Shown: positions 37,700 to 51,509 of the stretch, in pieces | Numbering within the stretch: position 1 is the stretch's first letter | Layout of the letters: each line of letters starts with the position of its first letter | Assembly: GCA_964016885.1 (NCBI GenBank) | Contig: OZ024741.1 | Coordinates: 180,978,001 to 181,042,000 of the forward strand | DNA from: Eledone cirrhosa | Lineage: Eukaryota | Reading direction: 5' to 3' | Length of the DNA: 64,000 bases | Made by a program: the position numbers and the translations under genes | The notes under the pieces: model-generated | The model's database searches: none | What the model was told of the DNA's origin: nothing | What the model saw: only the letters and a program-made list of their open reading frames with translations

Positions 37700-38360
37700 T
37701 GGAACTGGATGGCTCTGTTATGAGGATGGACAGGCCAGTTGGCCATGCTGAACCCATCTCACTGTGGTACCATAGTTTTGGAGCCCAACCCATCTCACAG
37801 TGGAACCATAGTTTTGGAGCCCAGTACTGGAGGGCACCAATATGAGGAGCCTAACCCATCTGACAGCGTAGCCATTGTTTTGGGGCCCAGTATTGGATGG
37901 TACTGCAATGAGGAGGGACAGGCTAGTCAGCCACGCCAAGCCCATCTCACAACGTTACCACAGTTTTGGGGCCTGGTACTGGATGACACTGCTCTGAAGA
38001 GGGACAGGTGTGGCACCACAGTTTGGGAGCCTAGTGCTGGATAGCACCACTATGCGGAGGGACAGGTCGGAGCCCGGTACTGGATGGCACCAATACGAGG
38101 AGCCTAACCCGTCTCACAATGTAGCCATATTTTTGGGGCCCGGTACTTGATGGCACCACTATGAGGAGGGACAGGCCAGTTGGCTGCGCCAAAGCCATTT
38201 CACAATGTAACCATAGTTTTGGGGCCTGGTACTGGATGATGGCACTATGAGGAGGGACAGGTGCAGAACCACAGTTGGGAACCTGGCGTTGGATGGCACT
38301 ACTATGTGGAGGGACAGGCCATTGGCAGCACCAAACCCTTCACACAGTGAACCCTCAGTT
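37700..38360. repeat. GC-rich modular minisatellite
   Basis: Recurring modules CCCATCTCACA..CCATAGTTTTGGGGCCC(A/G)GTACTGGATGGCAC..ATGAGGAGGGACAGG in variable combinations. Confidence 0.8.
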
Positions 38361-38739
38361 TATAGTATCTTTAATTTTTTTTATGTGATAGAATCATAGT
38401 GCTGTTTTAAACTTTTCAAGAATGTCTTGCTACTGTACTTTCATGTGATACAGGCTGTTAAGAGTTTTACCCTTTAATCCGCCAAAATTCTTTACCTTTC
38501 TGTTGAAACTGGCTGTAACTGGTCGCTCAAACTGATGTTAAGGTATTGTTCTCAAAATAAATACTTTCAAAATCTCAAAGATTCGATATTATGTGAGATA
38601 ATTATATGAGGTAAAGCCTTTACCATGAAAATATAATAGTATATATAAAATAATGTGAATGCTAAAGGGTTAAGATTACAATATTTCAGACAACTCTTTG
38701 TCAATTTGAAATAAAGAATTCTGGCATTCAAGACAAGTA

Positions 38740-39115
38740 ATCCAGAAGGCTGCTGTGCATCCCATACACAGAGCACAAGACAAACAACTTAGTCAGGCAG
38801 CAAGTCAACAAATACGCTGGCAGACAGGAACCCTTCCTTGTAGTGGTGAAAAGATAGAAGCTTGCCTGGTATGGTTATATCTCCTACCATGACTCTCTGT
38901 CTAAAACTATCCTTTAGGGCATAGATGAGGGCGGGTGAAGAAGCGGTAAAGTAAATTCTGGTCTAACCACATCAAGGATTGGATAAGTCACAACACTGCA
39001 ACCCTTCTACACATGACAGAGGATAGACCAGTGGCAATTGATTACTACAAAAACGTTTAGAGTGGCACTCCAATGACTGTCTGCACCAGTTGTGGGAATT
39101 TGATGATGATGATAA
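38740..39115 (+). mobile_element. Decayed RTE/BovB-type LINE 3' fragment (third family)
   Basis: RRLLCIPYTEHKTNN..KLAWYGY..LSKTIL*G..HIKDW; (GAT)n tail. Confidence 0.65.
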
Positions 39116-40598
39116 TTTGTCTATTCACAATAAGATTATCCCTAAGTATTTATACAGTGCAGCCTATCAACCATATATTTTTCATGAGTGAAGCCTGTCT
39201 TATCTAAAACAACATTTCATTAAATCCTCAACAAATGGATTATATTGATTAGTTCTTGAAAATTATTTTACTTTATTTCACAACTTGTTTAATTAATTAT
39301 GACAAATATTTGGGTAAAACAGCACACTGTTAAACCAATTAATAGGAATTAGCAGCAAACTGTTTTTTCTAGAGTTTGAGACATTTGGAGGAGCTGGGCT
39401 TCAAACAATGAAGTTCTTATCATTGGAGGTTAACCTTACTGATGTATCAGGTGCTGCCCACAAAGGTGCTTGGTTATTCCAGTATCTTAGCCTCATTACG
39501 ACCTGCCTAAAAAATTATTAGAGGAGGGAAGCTCCAATGCCCCATGTTGTCGTATGTGAATAAGTGTTCAGATCGTCTATTAGCAGTTTCTTCTTTATAC
39601 AGTTATGTGCTATGTTTTAATCAATGTTATTTTGTTAATTATTGATTCAATTATTCAACAAACAAATGGTTTCCAAATAATATTCTAAGGTATTTTACCA
39701 AACTTTATGGCATCAAATTTGAAAGGAATAGATTCGGTTTTGTTTGAATAATAATTAGAGGAACTTGTTTGGGATTAAGCTCCATTTTCTAACAGTAATA
39801 GTGTTTGTGAACGTTTCACCAATGTCAGACATAAAAATGATAAATAGAGCAGGTCAAATACTGAAAAGCTTTAGGATCAAAACTTTAACCATACAACATA
39901 TTCGGATGTTCATGTTAGGAAAGTCTATGACATCGAGTTTTGTTATAAATTTTCGTTTCTACAGTTACATATAGATGCGGTACGATTTTAAAACATCCTA
40001 GAGAATTCTGATCAAAGAAATCTTTGGGAATAAATACATTTTTGTGAGGTTTCCTCACAATATATCATAAAAACTAATTGTTGAATACATTTTCCGAATA
40101 CTTAACATACTTAAAAAGAAGCCTCACATAAATTGAAGATGAATAGATAAACAGAAATATAGGGATGCGAAAGATATGTATCTTTATAACGAAAATTAGA
40201 CCGTATTAATGACATTGAGATGATTCTTAATATATCCTATTATTTTTTTTTTTAATAACTGAGGCTTTTGGACCCAAGTTGACCATTATTCTGATTTTTC
40301 TACAGGCGTTTGTTTATCGACTTCCGAATCATGTTAAATGACTCAAACCAAAAATACTTCTGGAAATTATCTAATTAGATGCACAGAAATTAAAGGCTTA
40401 TAGTAATTTACCCAGCATATTTGCCACAGAACAGACAGAATCTACACAAGAGAGTCAAACTACGGAATATAAGCGATACAAGCAGCGATCTTGGAACACA
40501 CGCCCACCTAGCAATCCAAACAACTGAGGATTACTTTCTATGTAGTCAACATCTTTCACCAAACGTAATTTATATTAAAAGTATATAAAACATCTTAC

Positions 40599-40601
40599 CA
40601 T
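40599..40601 (-). CDS. VPS29: VPS29 exon 1 coding part (ATG only)
   Basis: Minus strand ccaaaATG|GTAAGA; 3+192+236+118=549 nt = 182 aa + stop, the canonical VPS29 length. Confidence 0.85.
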
Positions 40602-40874
40602 TTTGGAAATCAATGGAACCAACAGAGCTAAACCTAACTGAAAATGATGGATAAATAAACAACAATATACAGCTTTTCTTAAAAGTCCACCAGCACCTGA
40701 CGATAGAAACCAACACCTGACTCACCAACAAGTTGCTTTGATACAACGATTATGATTGGCTGTCATGCGGAAATCTAACCAATGGTAATTGTTTATAACG
40801 TCGAAGGAAATTTCAATGAGGAAACGAAGGAAAGCGCGTAACTTTATATCAAGTTGAATTCTCCCTGCTACAAC
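40602..40874. promoter_or_regulatory. Bidirectional promoter/5' UTR region shared by VPS29 and RAD9
   Basis: 273 bp between divergent ATGs; oppositely oriented CCAAT boxes (ATTGG 40755-40759, CCAAT 40779-40783). Confidence 0.75.
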
Positions 40875-40908
40875 ATGAATTGTATTATCCCCGGTAATAA
40901 TATGAAAG
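40875..40908 (+). CDS. RAD9: RAD9 checkpoint clamp subunit, exon 1
   Basis: MNCIIPGNNMK-G|GTaatg (cf. human RAD9A MKCLVTGGNVK). Confidence 0.88.
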
Positions 40909-41141
40909 GTAATGCTTGGATATAAATGTATTAACTATATATATATATACATACAAGTGATCAGTACTGTTCTTTATAATGTTATGGAATGTTTAGACTT
41001 CTTGTATTATAAATTCAGATTAAAATCTTCTTTACGTGTCAGAAACAAAATAAAAGATTTCGTTATTGCATTGTTGTGATTTTATATATATTTTAATTAA
41101 AAAAAAAAAATATATTAATTGCAGTCATCTTAAATTTTCAG

Positions 41142-41212
41142 TTTTTGCTCGTGCCATTCATTCTTTGGCAAAGATTGGAGAAGAATTGTACATTGAGCTA
41201 CTAGATGTTGGG
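41142..41212 (+). CDS. RAD9: RAD9 exon 2
   Basis: ttcAG|VFARAIHSLAKIGEELYIELLDVG|GTtagt. Confidence 0.93.
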
Positions 41213-44200
41213 GTTAGTATCCAGATATATCATCAATAATATATACTTTTGACAAAGTAGCATGTTATTCGAAAGCTACGACAGTTGCATTGTTGTAGCC
41301 TTCGAATAGCATACTACTTAATACACTAACACAATGCTTGAAGCAAACTACAGCACCCGCTTATACTTTTTACAATTGTTTATAATAAGGATATTTATAT
41401 AAAGGTTTTAATTGACGTTGCTTTCTCGGAAATATTATACGAAGGGAAATAACTCTGACAATTTAACTGTTCTCTCGATACTCTTGAAATAACAAAATCC
41501 CCCTAAATCACACACTACCAATCAAAACAACACAGACCAGATAAGACGGATGAGCGGGGTTCAAATAGACCAGTTAGAATGGACTTATGATTTTGAAGGA
41601 GTATACCCGCATCAAGTTCTAGTTGTTTTATTTTTTTTCTAATACATATAAATACACTATTGCACTATCAATAACCCATACATAAATCCTATGAATCAGT
41701 TTGAATGGGGCCTATGTTTTATATCTGGCATGTGTCTAAGCTATCCACTGGCCGGGCAACACTCAAATGCAATTTACGTTAATATTATTAGCTAAGCTTT
41801 TATATATACATATGTGCGTATGTAACCATTTTACATCTACTTTTCCATGCTGGCATGGGTTGGACCTGTCGTTACGTAATCGAAGCTGGTGTTTCTAAGA
41901 CTGGTTGGTGAACATGCTTCGCTCAATATGTTCTGTGTTGGTATGATTTCTACGGTAGTGTACTCTTCTCTACAGTTTTTTTTTTGTTTTTTGTTTTGCA
42001 TGGTTTCTACGACTGGATGCGCTTCCTAAAGCAAACCACTTTACAGAGTATGTTAGATACATTTTATAGTGGAACCAGTACTAGACAGGTCGCCTTGTTT
42101 CAAGACAAACAAGATCAGCAGTGAAAATAGGAGAGTTGTGGTTAAGGGGGTCAGATATTTATGATAAGTGTGGTAGGGGAGTCATTGATTAGATGGTATG
42201 AAAGGGAGTATTAGGGATAGTGAAAAAGGGCTGTATGATTGGTTGCTGGTAGGAGGTTGAGCAGTGTGGAGAATTCTGGTGTCATTGGCCCTAGGACCAT
42301 TGGCACAGAGTTGGCTACCTGTAGGCGTGAGCCTCGCAAGCTGGAAAGGTTCTTCCAGCACATCTCCCTCGCCATCCTCGAGGGAAATGCTTTCTCTATT
42401 CTGTCCGCCAGGGCTGTGGAGTGGCCAATGAGTGGGGGGCCCCCATTTGTTCATAATAGTGAGAGATGGAGAAGGCTGAAGAGACAGAGGCAGTGACAGT
42501 GGGGGTTTGGTTCCATTGTGTTCAAACCTGGTGTATATGTATATATTTATTTACCATACCACATTAACTATATTTGACTCTGTTATTTTACAAATAATTA
42601 TACATACATTCAATGAGCAGTTGTTTTGTTTATACAATTTCACTATGACAGAAAAAAACAGGGATCAGCTGAATTACAGTTTCAAATGAAAGATGACTAG
42701 TGATTATATGTAGTAGACATCAAGAGAGGAAGGTGCATCTGGTGATGTAGAAGCCAATGGAGTAGTGGTAGAAAATACAGCATGTCTGTGAGCCAATGGC
42801 TGTAGTGTGTTGGTGAATGAGTATTTCACAATCTTCTAAATGGAATTTATTTCAGAAATGCACTCATTGCACTCTGTAAAGTGCTAGTGCTTGTGCTATG
42901 ATAAAATGTACTCAATACACTCTGTAAAGTTGTGATGGTATTACACATTTTCACGACAATCTGTTCATTAGTAAACACTATAAATATTTGAATCAACAAA
43001 CCCATTTTTATTGGTCGTGTGAGTACCACAACAAAAAGCACCCTGTAAGGTGGTTGGCTTGAGGAAGGGCATTCAGCTGTAGAAAACCAAGTCAAAGAGC
43101 AGCCAGTTACGGCTGGTTTGAACAGAAAGAGTTGAGAGAATTCTGGCCAGATATGCTAAAGGGTTAAATAAGAAAAAGGGACATTAGATAATGTAGTCCT
43201 TGTTACTCCTACCTAAAAAGATGGGGTGGTCATGACTAGAATACATTTGGTTGTAGATGTCAGGGTCGGCCTAGAGGTAGACAACAGCAGTCTATGGATA
43301 AGGTGAAAGATGAGTCTCTACTTAATTGTTCAATATACTAGGAAAAGCAGCTAAATATCCCTTGAATCATGCCCTGCTACCTTAAAACATGAAAGGCATT
43401 GAATAATGTCCTGGATACAGTATACCATGCCTTAAAAAATGAGATGGTCATGGCTTGAACGCCTTTGGAAACTTGCTCAATCAGAGATGACTTAGGGCTA
43501 AATCACGACCGATGGATGTGACATTATTATAATCAATCTGGTCCTTGATTAATGCATTTGTGAAGATATGTGGGCTAGTGGATAGCGGGTTGAACTCACA
43601 ATCATAAAGTTGTGAGTTTGATTTCTGAACTGAATGGGTCATTGTGTTCTTGAGCAAGATGTTTCATTTTACGTTGCTCCAATCCACTCAGCTGATAAAA
43701 ATAAGTACCAGCAGCAGCAGCACCTAGGAGTTGACCTCTGTAATGAACTGGCATCTGGTTTAGCGAGTTAGGAGTGAAGGTCTTTCTATGATATAACCAG
43801 GGCTCCTGTCATTAAAAGACTTGAGAAACCTATGAGATATGAGATGCAACCTTGTAGAAGACCACCTAAAGCTACAGAGATGTAACAACATCAGCAGCAA
43901 AGTTTTATATGGATAAAATGGGGGTATTAGAAGGAAAAAATTGATTAATCTAATTAAAGCATTTTATATGTTGCTTGTAGGTGGCAAATTACTAGAGTTG
44001 TTACATTAGATGGAATGCTTTGCCATATTTGTTCCTGTTTTCTGCTCTCTGAGTTCAAATTCTGTCATGGTTAACTTTGTCTTTCATCCTTATGAGGTTG
44101 ATAAATAAAATCTAGTACTAGGGTTGATTCTTTCTCTATATGTCTTTTTACTTCTTGTCTACCATTCTCTCTCTCCTTCTCTGGAAAAAATTGGGTGTGT

Positions 44201-44939
44201 TCAGACATAGAGAGGGGATGGGTTCCACCATATTTAAAATGTTCAAATGTCATTAAAGAACCCTTATGACTTCAAGAGTTATGGGTCCATACATACTATG
44301 TTGTTCACCCTATGTTTCAATAAATATATTTTCCAATCAAATTCAACTGCTATATTTTTGTATATATTTCATTGATTAAACTTGAATTCTGAGTTCAAAG
44401 TTCAGCTTTTAATTGTATAATATCAGCAGTTGGTAAAATTAGCCCTCAAAGCAGGTAATAGGCCTAGACCAGAAGTAAAATGTAGGACACCATAGCTGAT
44501 AATAAGCTCAGATCATATGTAAAATGTAGCCCTCACTCATAACTGGTAATAGGTTTAGGCTAGATGGGATATGTAGGGCACCATAGCTAGTATAGGCCCA
44601 GGTCCCCTTTCAACAGGTAATATTCCTAAACCAGATGTGGAATGTAGGACTGATATCAAACTGCTCAAGTTGTTTAGTAATCAATACTAAATACATATGA
44701 TTTATATATGAGTAATGGGTAAAAATGCATATTAATAATGTACATGACCTACACTGTAATATGTGTAACAGATCAGAATAAAAGAACTATAATTTTAAGG
44801 TGAGTAGACCCATGAAAACTGTTCCACATGGCTTCGCTTGTGACTTGATCTTAATATCAACATGTTTTTGAGAATTATGAATTTAAAAAAAAAATAAGAT
44901 TGAGTTTAAATTACTTTCATATTAATATTTTTTTTATTT

Positions 44940-45115
44940 TTTAGTTAGACAGAAGTTTTTGCCGTATTTTGACTAAAGAAAATTAGTCTGATAGGTTTAA
45001 AACCCTCTAAATGTACGTCAATACTCATCCTTTTCCATTTAGAGGGTTTTAAACCCCATTATCAGGCGGTGATATATTAGTCAAAATATGGCGAAAGTTT
45101 CTATTTCTAACTAAA
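44940..45115. mobile_element. Fold-back palindromic MITE
   Basis: Long imperfect arms incl. GGTTTAAAACCCTCTAAATG / CATTTAGAGGGTTTTAAACC; relatives at 59020-59200 and 63436-63540. Confidence 0.7.
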
Positions 45116-45193
45116 TTTTAAACACCGTTCACTGTCTTCAAAACAAATAGCACTTGCTTTGTTATATTTTTTATTGTTTTGTTTTAATTCCAG

Positions 45194-45349
45194 TTGTTTC
45201 TAAAGACAGTCAATTCATCTAGGTCAGCATTTGCTAGTTTTCTGTTTCACCCAAGATTCTTTATCCAGTATGTATCTGATTATAATAGCAATGGTGATCA
45301 CTTGAACCATGACAAAGAGAATCCACTTCGCTGTAAAATATCCATAAAG
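45194..45349 (+). CDS. RAD9: RAD9 exon 3
   Basis: ccAG|LFLKTVNSSRSAFASFLFHPRFFIQY..LRCKISIK|GTaaca; hallmark VNSSRSA motif. Confidence 0.95.
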
Positions 45350-45549
45350 GTAACAAAGCTAATTTTATTATACTTGCTTCATAAGTAGAAGCTGCATTTG
45401 TATTCTATCCCTATTTCTATAAGTTGTGTATTGTAGAAAAGTAGGAATTCTATACGAGGTACTTGATGTTGAATATGAGTGCATAAGAGGTGTAATAGGA
45501 TCTTAGGCTGACAAATATAAAAGGTGGATTTTGTTAGTGGGAGATGCAC

Positions 45550-45840
45550 AGGTGTGGAGGCGCAAGGTCTATTGGTAAGGATGTTGGACTTACAATTATA
45601 ATGTCGTGGGTTTGATTCCTGGGCTGGGTTGCATGTTGTGTTCTTGAGCAAAACACTTCATTTCACATTGCTCCAGTATACTCAGCTGAAAATGAGTACC
45701 AGCAATAGCTGGGGGTTTAACCCTTCGATGGACTGGCGTCCTGTCCATGTAGGAGTCTTGTACTCTCAGTTGCTTCGCGCCATGAAACTGAGATAAGCAC
45801 TGGCCTAACGAGCCTTAAATGGTTAAAGACAAACTTTAGA
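45550..45840 (+). mobile_element. tRNA-derived CORE-like SINE
   Basis: GGGTTTGATTCC B-box-like, GTGTTCTTGAGCAAAACACTT..TTGCTCCAG..ACTCAGCTG core. Confidence 0.7.
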
Positions 45841-46203
45841 ATTAGACTTTAGAGCTACACAAGAGGTGTTTGTAGTAAGAGCACCAAGATGAAAAAGATA
45901 TTTTAATCTTCTAACCTGTTTCTGCTGAAGTCATAAGAATATCTTAGGCTGGTGTCACAATAAAATACACTCGGTACACTTTGTATATGGTACTGCTGAT
46001 GCCACGATAAAATGCACTCTGTATGGTGGTGGTTGCAGCTGCTGCTAGTGCTACTCAATAGCTGAGTATCAAGATTACTGATTTATTGTATGGTCAGGTC
46101 ATAAGCTCAAACTTTATTACTGCAACCATTGTAATTCAGCTTTTAGCAGTCCATATAATTCTTCTTGCTTTCATTTGACTGATTGACAATAAATGACATC
46201 TCT

Positions 46204-46278
46204 AGTTCATTACTGAGGGAGGTTGATTGGTTCATTACTGAGGGAGGTTAATTGGTTCATTACTGAGGGAGGTTGATT
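46204..46278. repeat. 25-bp tandem repeat x3 at the head of a Meta-like SINE
   Basis: GTTCATTACTGAGGGAGGTT(G/A)ATT(G/A) three times. Confidence 0.8.
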
Positions 46279-47017
46279 AGCAGCATTGGTAGAGTGTTGA
46301 ACATCATATAGTTACATCCCTTACAGTCTGAGTTCAAATCCTGCCGAGGTTAGCTTTGCCTTTCATCCTTACGGGGGTTGATCAAAGAAAGTATCAGTAA
46401 TGTACTGGAGGCGATTTAATCGACTTTCCCCCTTCACCTAAATTGCTGGCCTTGTGCCTAAATCAGAAATCATTATTGAGTACTTATCATTGAGATTGAC
46501 ATCCAGTTGTAAAAGAAGACAAGACACCATCCAAGTTAGCATGATAAAATTAAATTTATAATAACATTTATGAATGATGAAAATTTTCAATGTAAAACTG
46601 GAAATTTTCTTTAAACTTATTTCTTCAATTTTTACTTGTTTAACTCTTGATGCCAAACCATATTTGAAAATCATAGGCAATGTTTTTCAATAGAAATATG
46701 GTAAGGAAAAAGTTAAAATTCTTAATTCAATGAAGATGTGCTCTGTTTTGCTTAGATAAACAAAATAGCAAGGAGTATGACATTATTCATTTATTGACCA
46801 CAATCTAAGATAACCATGTTTAGGTAGACTGTTCAAATTTAGTACAAAATTGAGCTGAAAGAATAATTGGATACAAGTGTTGTGTGTAAGAGAAAATGCT
46901 ACACTAGTATGAACATGTAATGCATATGGATGGTAACTGTTAAGTAAAGAAGTCTATTATTAATTTCAATAAATACTTTCAGAATTTCAGATTCTTAATT
47001 ATTCTATCATTTTTCAG

Positions 47018-47132
47018 TCTTGTTTGAATATTTTCAAATCTGTTTCGACTGTAGAGAAAACTGTACAGAAATGTATGATTACACTTAATATCAAAGATGA
47101 TAGATTGATGTTCAAATTACACTGCAAACATG
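47018..47132 (+). CDS. RAD9: RAD9 exon 4
   Basis: ttcAG|SCLNIFKSVSTVEKTVQKCMITLNIKDDRLMFKLHCKH-G|GTatgt. Confidence 0.93.
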
Positions 47133-49026
47133 GTATGTTCATACTAATTATATGTTTTATTCTTTTACTGGTTTCAGTCATTATCTGTGCTCATTGGAAA
47201 GATTATAGTCGATAGTTTTGACTCCAGTATTGATTTTTTTTCAAGTCAAGTACTTATGTTATTAGTCTCTTTTTGTTGAACTACTAAGTCATGTGACAGT
47301 AAACTTAAACACATACACCACTTCATCATCGGTTTTGTGTATATACATAATATATGTATATACATGCAAATATATATATATATATATTATGTTGGTACCA
47401 CAAAACATCCAGTCCACACAGTAAAGTGGTCATGTAGGTGTCACAACAAAAAGCACCCAGCCCGCACTGTAAATGTGGTTGGCGTTAGGAAGAGCATCCA
47501 GCCATAGAAAACCAGCCAGAAACAGTCCCATATAAGCGAGACACGGACAGCCTATATAAGCCTGACCCAACTTGCCTCTAGATGGGACAAACCCGTCTAA
47601 CCCATGCTAGCGTGGAAGATAGACGTTAAACAATGATGATGATGATGATGATTTTCCATGCTTGCATGTATGTGTATGTATATATATAGATAGATATATA
47701 TACACACACACACAATAGGTTCTGTACAATTTCCTTCTATAAAATTTCCTTCATAAGGCATTAGTCAGCCCAAGGTTATTGTAGAGTGACATTCAGTGAG
47801 ACTGAACCTGAAACCATTGGCTGCAAAGCAAATTTCTTAAGCACAGAGCTACTATGCAAGGACCATAAATATGCATTTATTATCATTTTGAAAGTGTCCA
47901 CCTCCACAAACACCATCATGGCATTTTAGTCAATATTCTAAGACAAGGGTGATAAATTGGTAGAGACAGAGGTATCAGGATTAAAATTGCTTTGGTATTT
48001 GTTTCAGCTCACTAAGCTCTTTATGTTCAAATCCTGCTGAGGTCAACTTTATTTTTCATTCTTTCATGGTCAATAAAAAAAAGTACCAGTCCAGTTCTGG
48101 GGTCAATTATTTTTTATATTGCTTTCTCACTTCCTCTCTGTCACTTTCTCTCCTTCTCTGGAAAACATGGACTGTGTTCAGACCTGGAGAGTGATAGGCT
48201 CCACCAGGTTTAAAATGCCCCAAGCATGCTGTACCTCACTATAGCGCCCCTACAACTCCATCAGGATTTACAGGTTCATACACACATCATCATCATCATC
48301 ATCATCATCACCGTTTTACGTCCGTTCTTCCACGCTAGCATGGGTTAGACGGGTTGTCCTGTTGTGGGCAGTGTCTGGTCGGCTGACCATGCCTTGCTCA
48401 TACAGGAACTGATCTGGCTTGATTTCTACAGCTGGATGCCCTTCCTAACACCAACCTCATTTACACGTCCACTTTACAGTGTGGGCTGGGTGCTTTTTTG
48501 CCGTGGCACCTCCAAGACCACCTTGCGGTGGGGGGAGTGGGGGCATATTGTTTATATGCTTCAGCATGTACCCATGGGCGGTCGGGTACTCTGTATTACT
48601 GCGTGACGCCAGAAGTCACGGTCGTGTGATAAATATAATATGCAATTTCCTCTATATAGGTGCAGGCATGGCTGTAAATTCAATTCCTGCTGAGGTCAAC
48701 TTTGCTTTTCATCCTTTCAAAGTTAATAAAGTGCTAGTTCAGTACAGGAATTGACTCTCTCTGTTTTATATTATTGAAACTATAAACTGTCCAATTTTCA
48801 CTAAAAGAATAGTTTTACAACTCATTGTCGGATTAATCTAGCACTTGGGTAGAATATACTACAGACCTTGTATTACTATTGTCCTGTAATGTATCTCTGT
48901 AATGTATCTCTCTACCACCAGGCGGATTCATTGCAGTATTTGTTCTGGTATCACCGCTCTGAGTTTAAATCTTGTTGACGTCAATAAATAAAGTGTCAGT
49001 CTGATACTGGGATAGAGTCTTCCATA

Positions 49027-49059
<33 letters not shown>

Positions 49060-50223
49060 TACACTCAAAAAAAGAAATAAACTGCATTCAGACTTGAAGA
49101 GGGATGGGTTTTGCCAGGTTTAAAAGGGCCAAGACATGGCATCTGTCAGGACAGCTCTCCTGCAACTCAATCAGGAATTACAGGCTCTTCTTCTTCATTC
49201 TAAAGCTAAGTCTAATGTTTGAGCTAGAGTTACTGTTTTATGTCCATTTTTCCAAACAAGCATGGGTTGGATGAAACTTGGAACTAACTTGGTTTCATGG
49301 TTGTTAAGCGACTGAGGGTACAAAACTTCCTCTGGTCAAGATGCCAGTTCATTGCCGGGCTTTCACCCAGCTATCTCTGGTATTTATTTTTTACTGAATG
49401 ACCTGGGACAACATGAAGTGAAGTACCTTGTTCAAGGACATGTGTCACTTGATCAGGGAATTGAACTCACAGCCTTATAACCATGAGCTCAATATCCTAA
49501 CCGTTAGGCCATGTACATTCACAACAGTCGAATGTTTAAGTATCAGTGAATGTCAGATTGAATGTTTTGTGGTATTGATTCTGGCTCTCTGAGATCAAAT
49601 TCCACGGAGGTCAGCTTTGTCTTTCATCCTTTTGAGGTAAAAAGCAAGTACCAGTAGTTCAGTACAGGAGTCAATTTTTTTCAATATATCTCTCTTACAT
49701 CTTGCCTCACACCCTCTCTTTCTCTCCTTCTCTGGAAGAAATTGAATGTCTTCAGATCTGTAGAGGGGATGGGCTTCATCAGTTTTAAAATACCCAAGAC
49801 ATGCTGTATGTCACTACAATGCCTCTACGATTCCATCAGGAGTTATGGGTCCATACACTGCTTAAGTACCTTAAAATAACATTATAATCATCCAGAACAC
49901 TAGGTTAGTGTTTGGAACAGCAGATACAGTAGGCACACAATATCCCTGTGTGCCATAAAAGGTGACTAAAAGAGTAGGCACTAGACTCAGTAGGTACACC
50001 ATATCCCTGTGTATTTTAAAAGGCAGCTAAAAAGGTAGACACTAGGAAGGGTATCTAGCTGTAAATCATTGCATCAAAAAGGACTCCATGAGTATAAAAT
50101 CTCTCATGGGGCCTGCAAGGCTAACTCTTGCTTTAGCATGGGAAATAAACTCAATAGACTCTTGTTTTCCCACATTTTTTTTTCATTTTTCTGAAAATAT
50201 GTATTTAACTTCACTTCTTGCAG

Positions 50224-50323
50224 GAATTATTAAAACACACAATCTAGCATTTATTGAATGTGAAATGTTACAGGCTGTATTTAACACAGATGACTGTGAA
50301 AATCTCTTGATAGCTTCAGCAAA
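50224..50323 (+). CDS. RAD9: RAD9 exon 5
   Basis: tgcAG|GIIKTHNLAFIECEMLQAVFNTDDCENLLIASA-AA|GTaagt. Confidence 0.93.
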
Positions 50324-50410
50324 GTAAGTAGATTTGCTAAGAATATTCTCTTTAAACCCTTTTGATATGAAACTGACCCTGGTTCTGCAATATAGAACTT
50401 TTTGTTTTAA

Positions 50411-50608
50411 CCCTTTAGTATTTAAATTACTCCATGTTTACTATTGTATTTTCACGGTAAACACTTTATCTCACATAATATCGAATCTACAGAATTTTGA
50501 TATTATTTATTTTGAGAACAATACCTTAACATAAGTATGAGCAGCCAGTTTGAACAGAAAGAGGTGAGAGAATTATAGCCAGATATAGCCGGTTTAAATA
50601 CCAAAGGG
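50411..50608 (+). mobile_element. Non-autonomous piggyBac-like MITE
   Basis: TTAA|CCCTTTAGTATTTAAA ... TTTAAATACCAAAGGG|TTAA. Confidence 0.8.
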
Positions 50609-51316
50609 TTAAGGCATTTATATTTATATAAAAACCTTCCATCATAATTCTAAGTGCATTTTATTATGGCACCAATACTAGGAAAGTTAACATGTCTTTC
50701 ACACAGTTGAAGAGCATCTTTTATCAATGGAACTCATATTTCCCTCAAATAACATCCAAATAACTTAAAAACAGAAAAACGTTAAATAATGTACTTTGAG
50801 GTACACTGTGTAAATAAAATATGAGATAGTCACAACTAGAATGCCATTGATAACAGGTTTATCTGAACAGGTCTAACCTGGAGTTATATACATTAAATCC
50901 GCATCTTACATATTCAATTGGTTCCCTTGAAATCCACGTTATTGAAAAACTCTCTTATGTTCAAGACCTTTATATAAAATGTTTATGTGTACCAATGCTT
51001 TAAAGGAGGTATGATGTCAAGTTCTGTGGAGGTTGAGAAAACACAGGAAAAGAATGATAGCAGTAGGGGTTACAATTTTCTCATTTACATTAGGTGATGT
51101 GGTTTCATGTTGAACAAGATGTTAAGAATTGTACTGTTTTTGTGAACTTAAAAGAGTATTTTCAATCGAATGTGTACAAAACGGCACTATTTAAAATCGA
51201 TTAATATGTAGGCCCACTGTTATCAGTTTAGTATGTCTTCAACTGTTATTACTGCTGTTTTGTAATAAGATGTATTTAAAAAAATATGTTGATCTTGATA
51301 TTCTTTCCTTGTCCAG

Positions 51317-51420
51317 GCTTTTATGTGATGCTGTACTAAATTTCCAGAACAATCAAGAGGAAATAACTCTGGAAGTATCTGATGAAAAGATTTCCGTCAA
51401 GAATCATGTGGATGAAACAG
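51317..51420 (+). CDS. RAD9: RAD9 exon 6
   Basis: ccAG|KLLCDAVLNFQNNQEEITLEVSDEKISVKNHVDET-G|GTaaga. Confidence 0.92.
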
Positions 51421-51509
51421 GTAAGATGGATTTACACAAAGATACAAGATATATATATAGTTCAAGAATAAAAAAACAAACTCAGAGATACAAAAGCACA
51501 TCTTAGTGG

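Noticed and set aside
37700-38360. CRISPR-like repeat/spacer appearance
   Set aside because: Eukaryotic intron, degenerate modules, no unique spacers, no cas genes.
40408-40418. Alternative VPS29 start/donor ATGCTGG|GTAAAT, and a vertebrate-like microexon in intron 1
   Set aside because: Phase 1, out of frame with exon 2; no microexon could be identified by eye.
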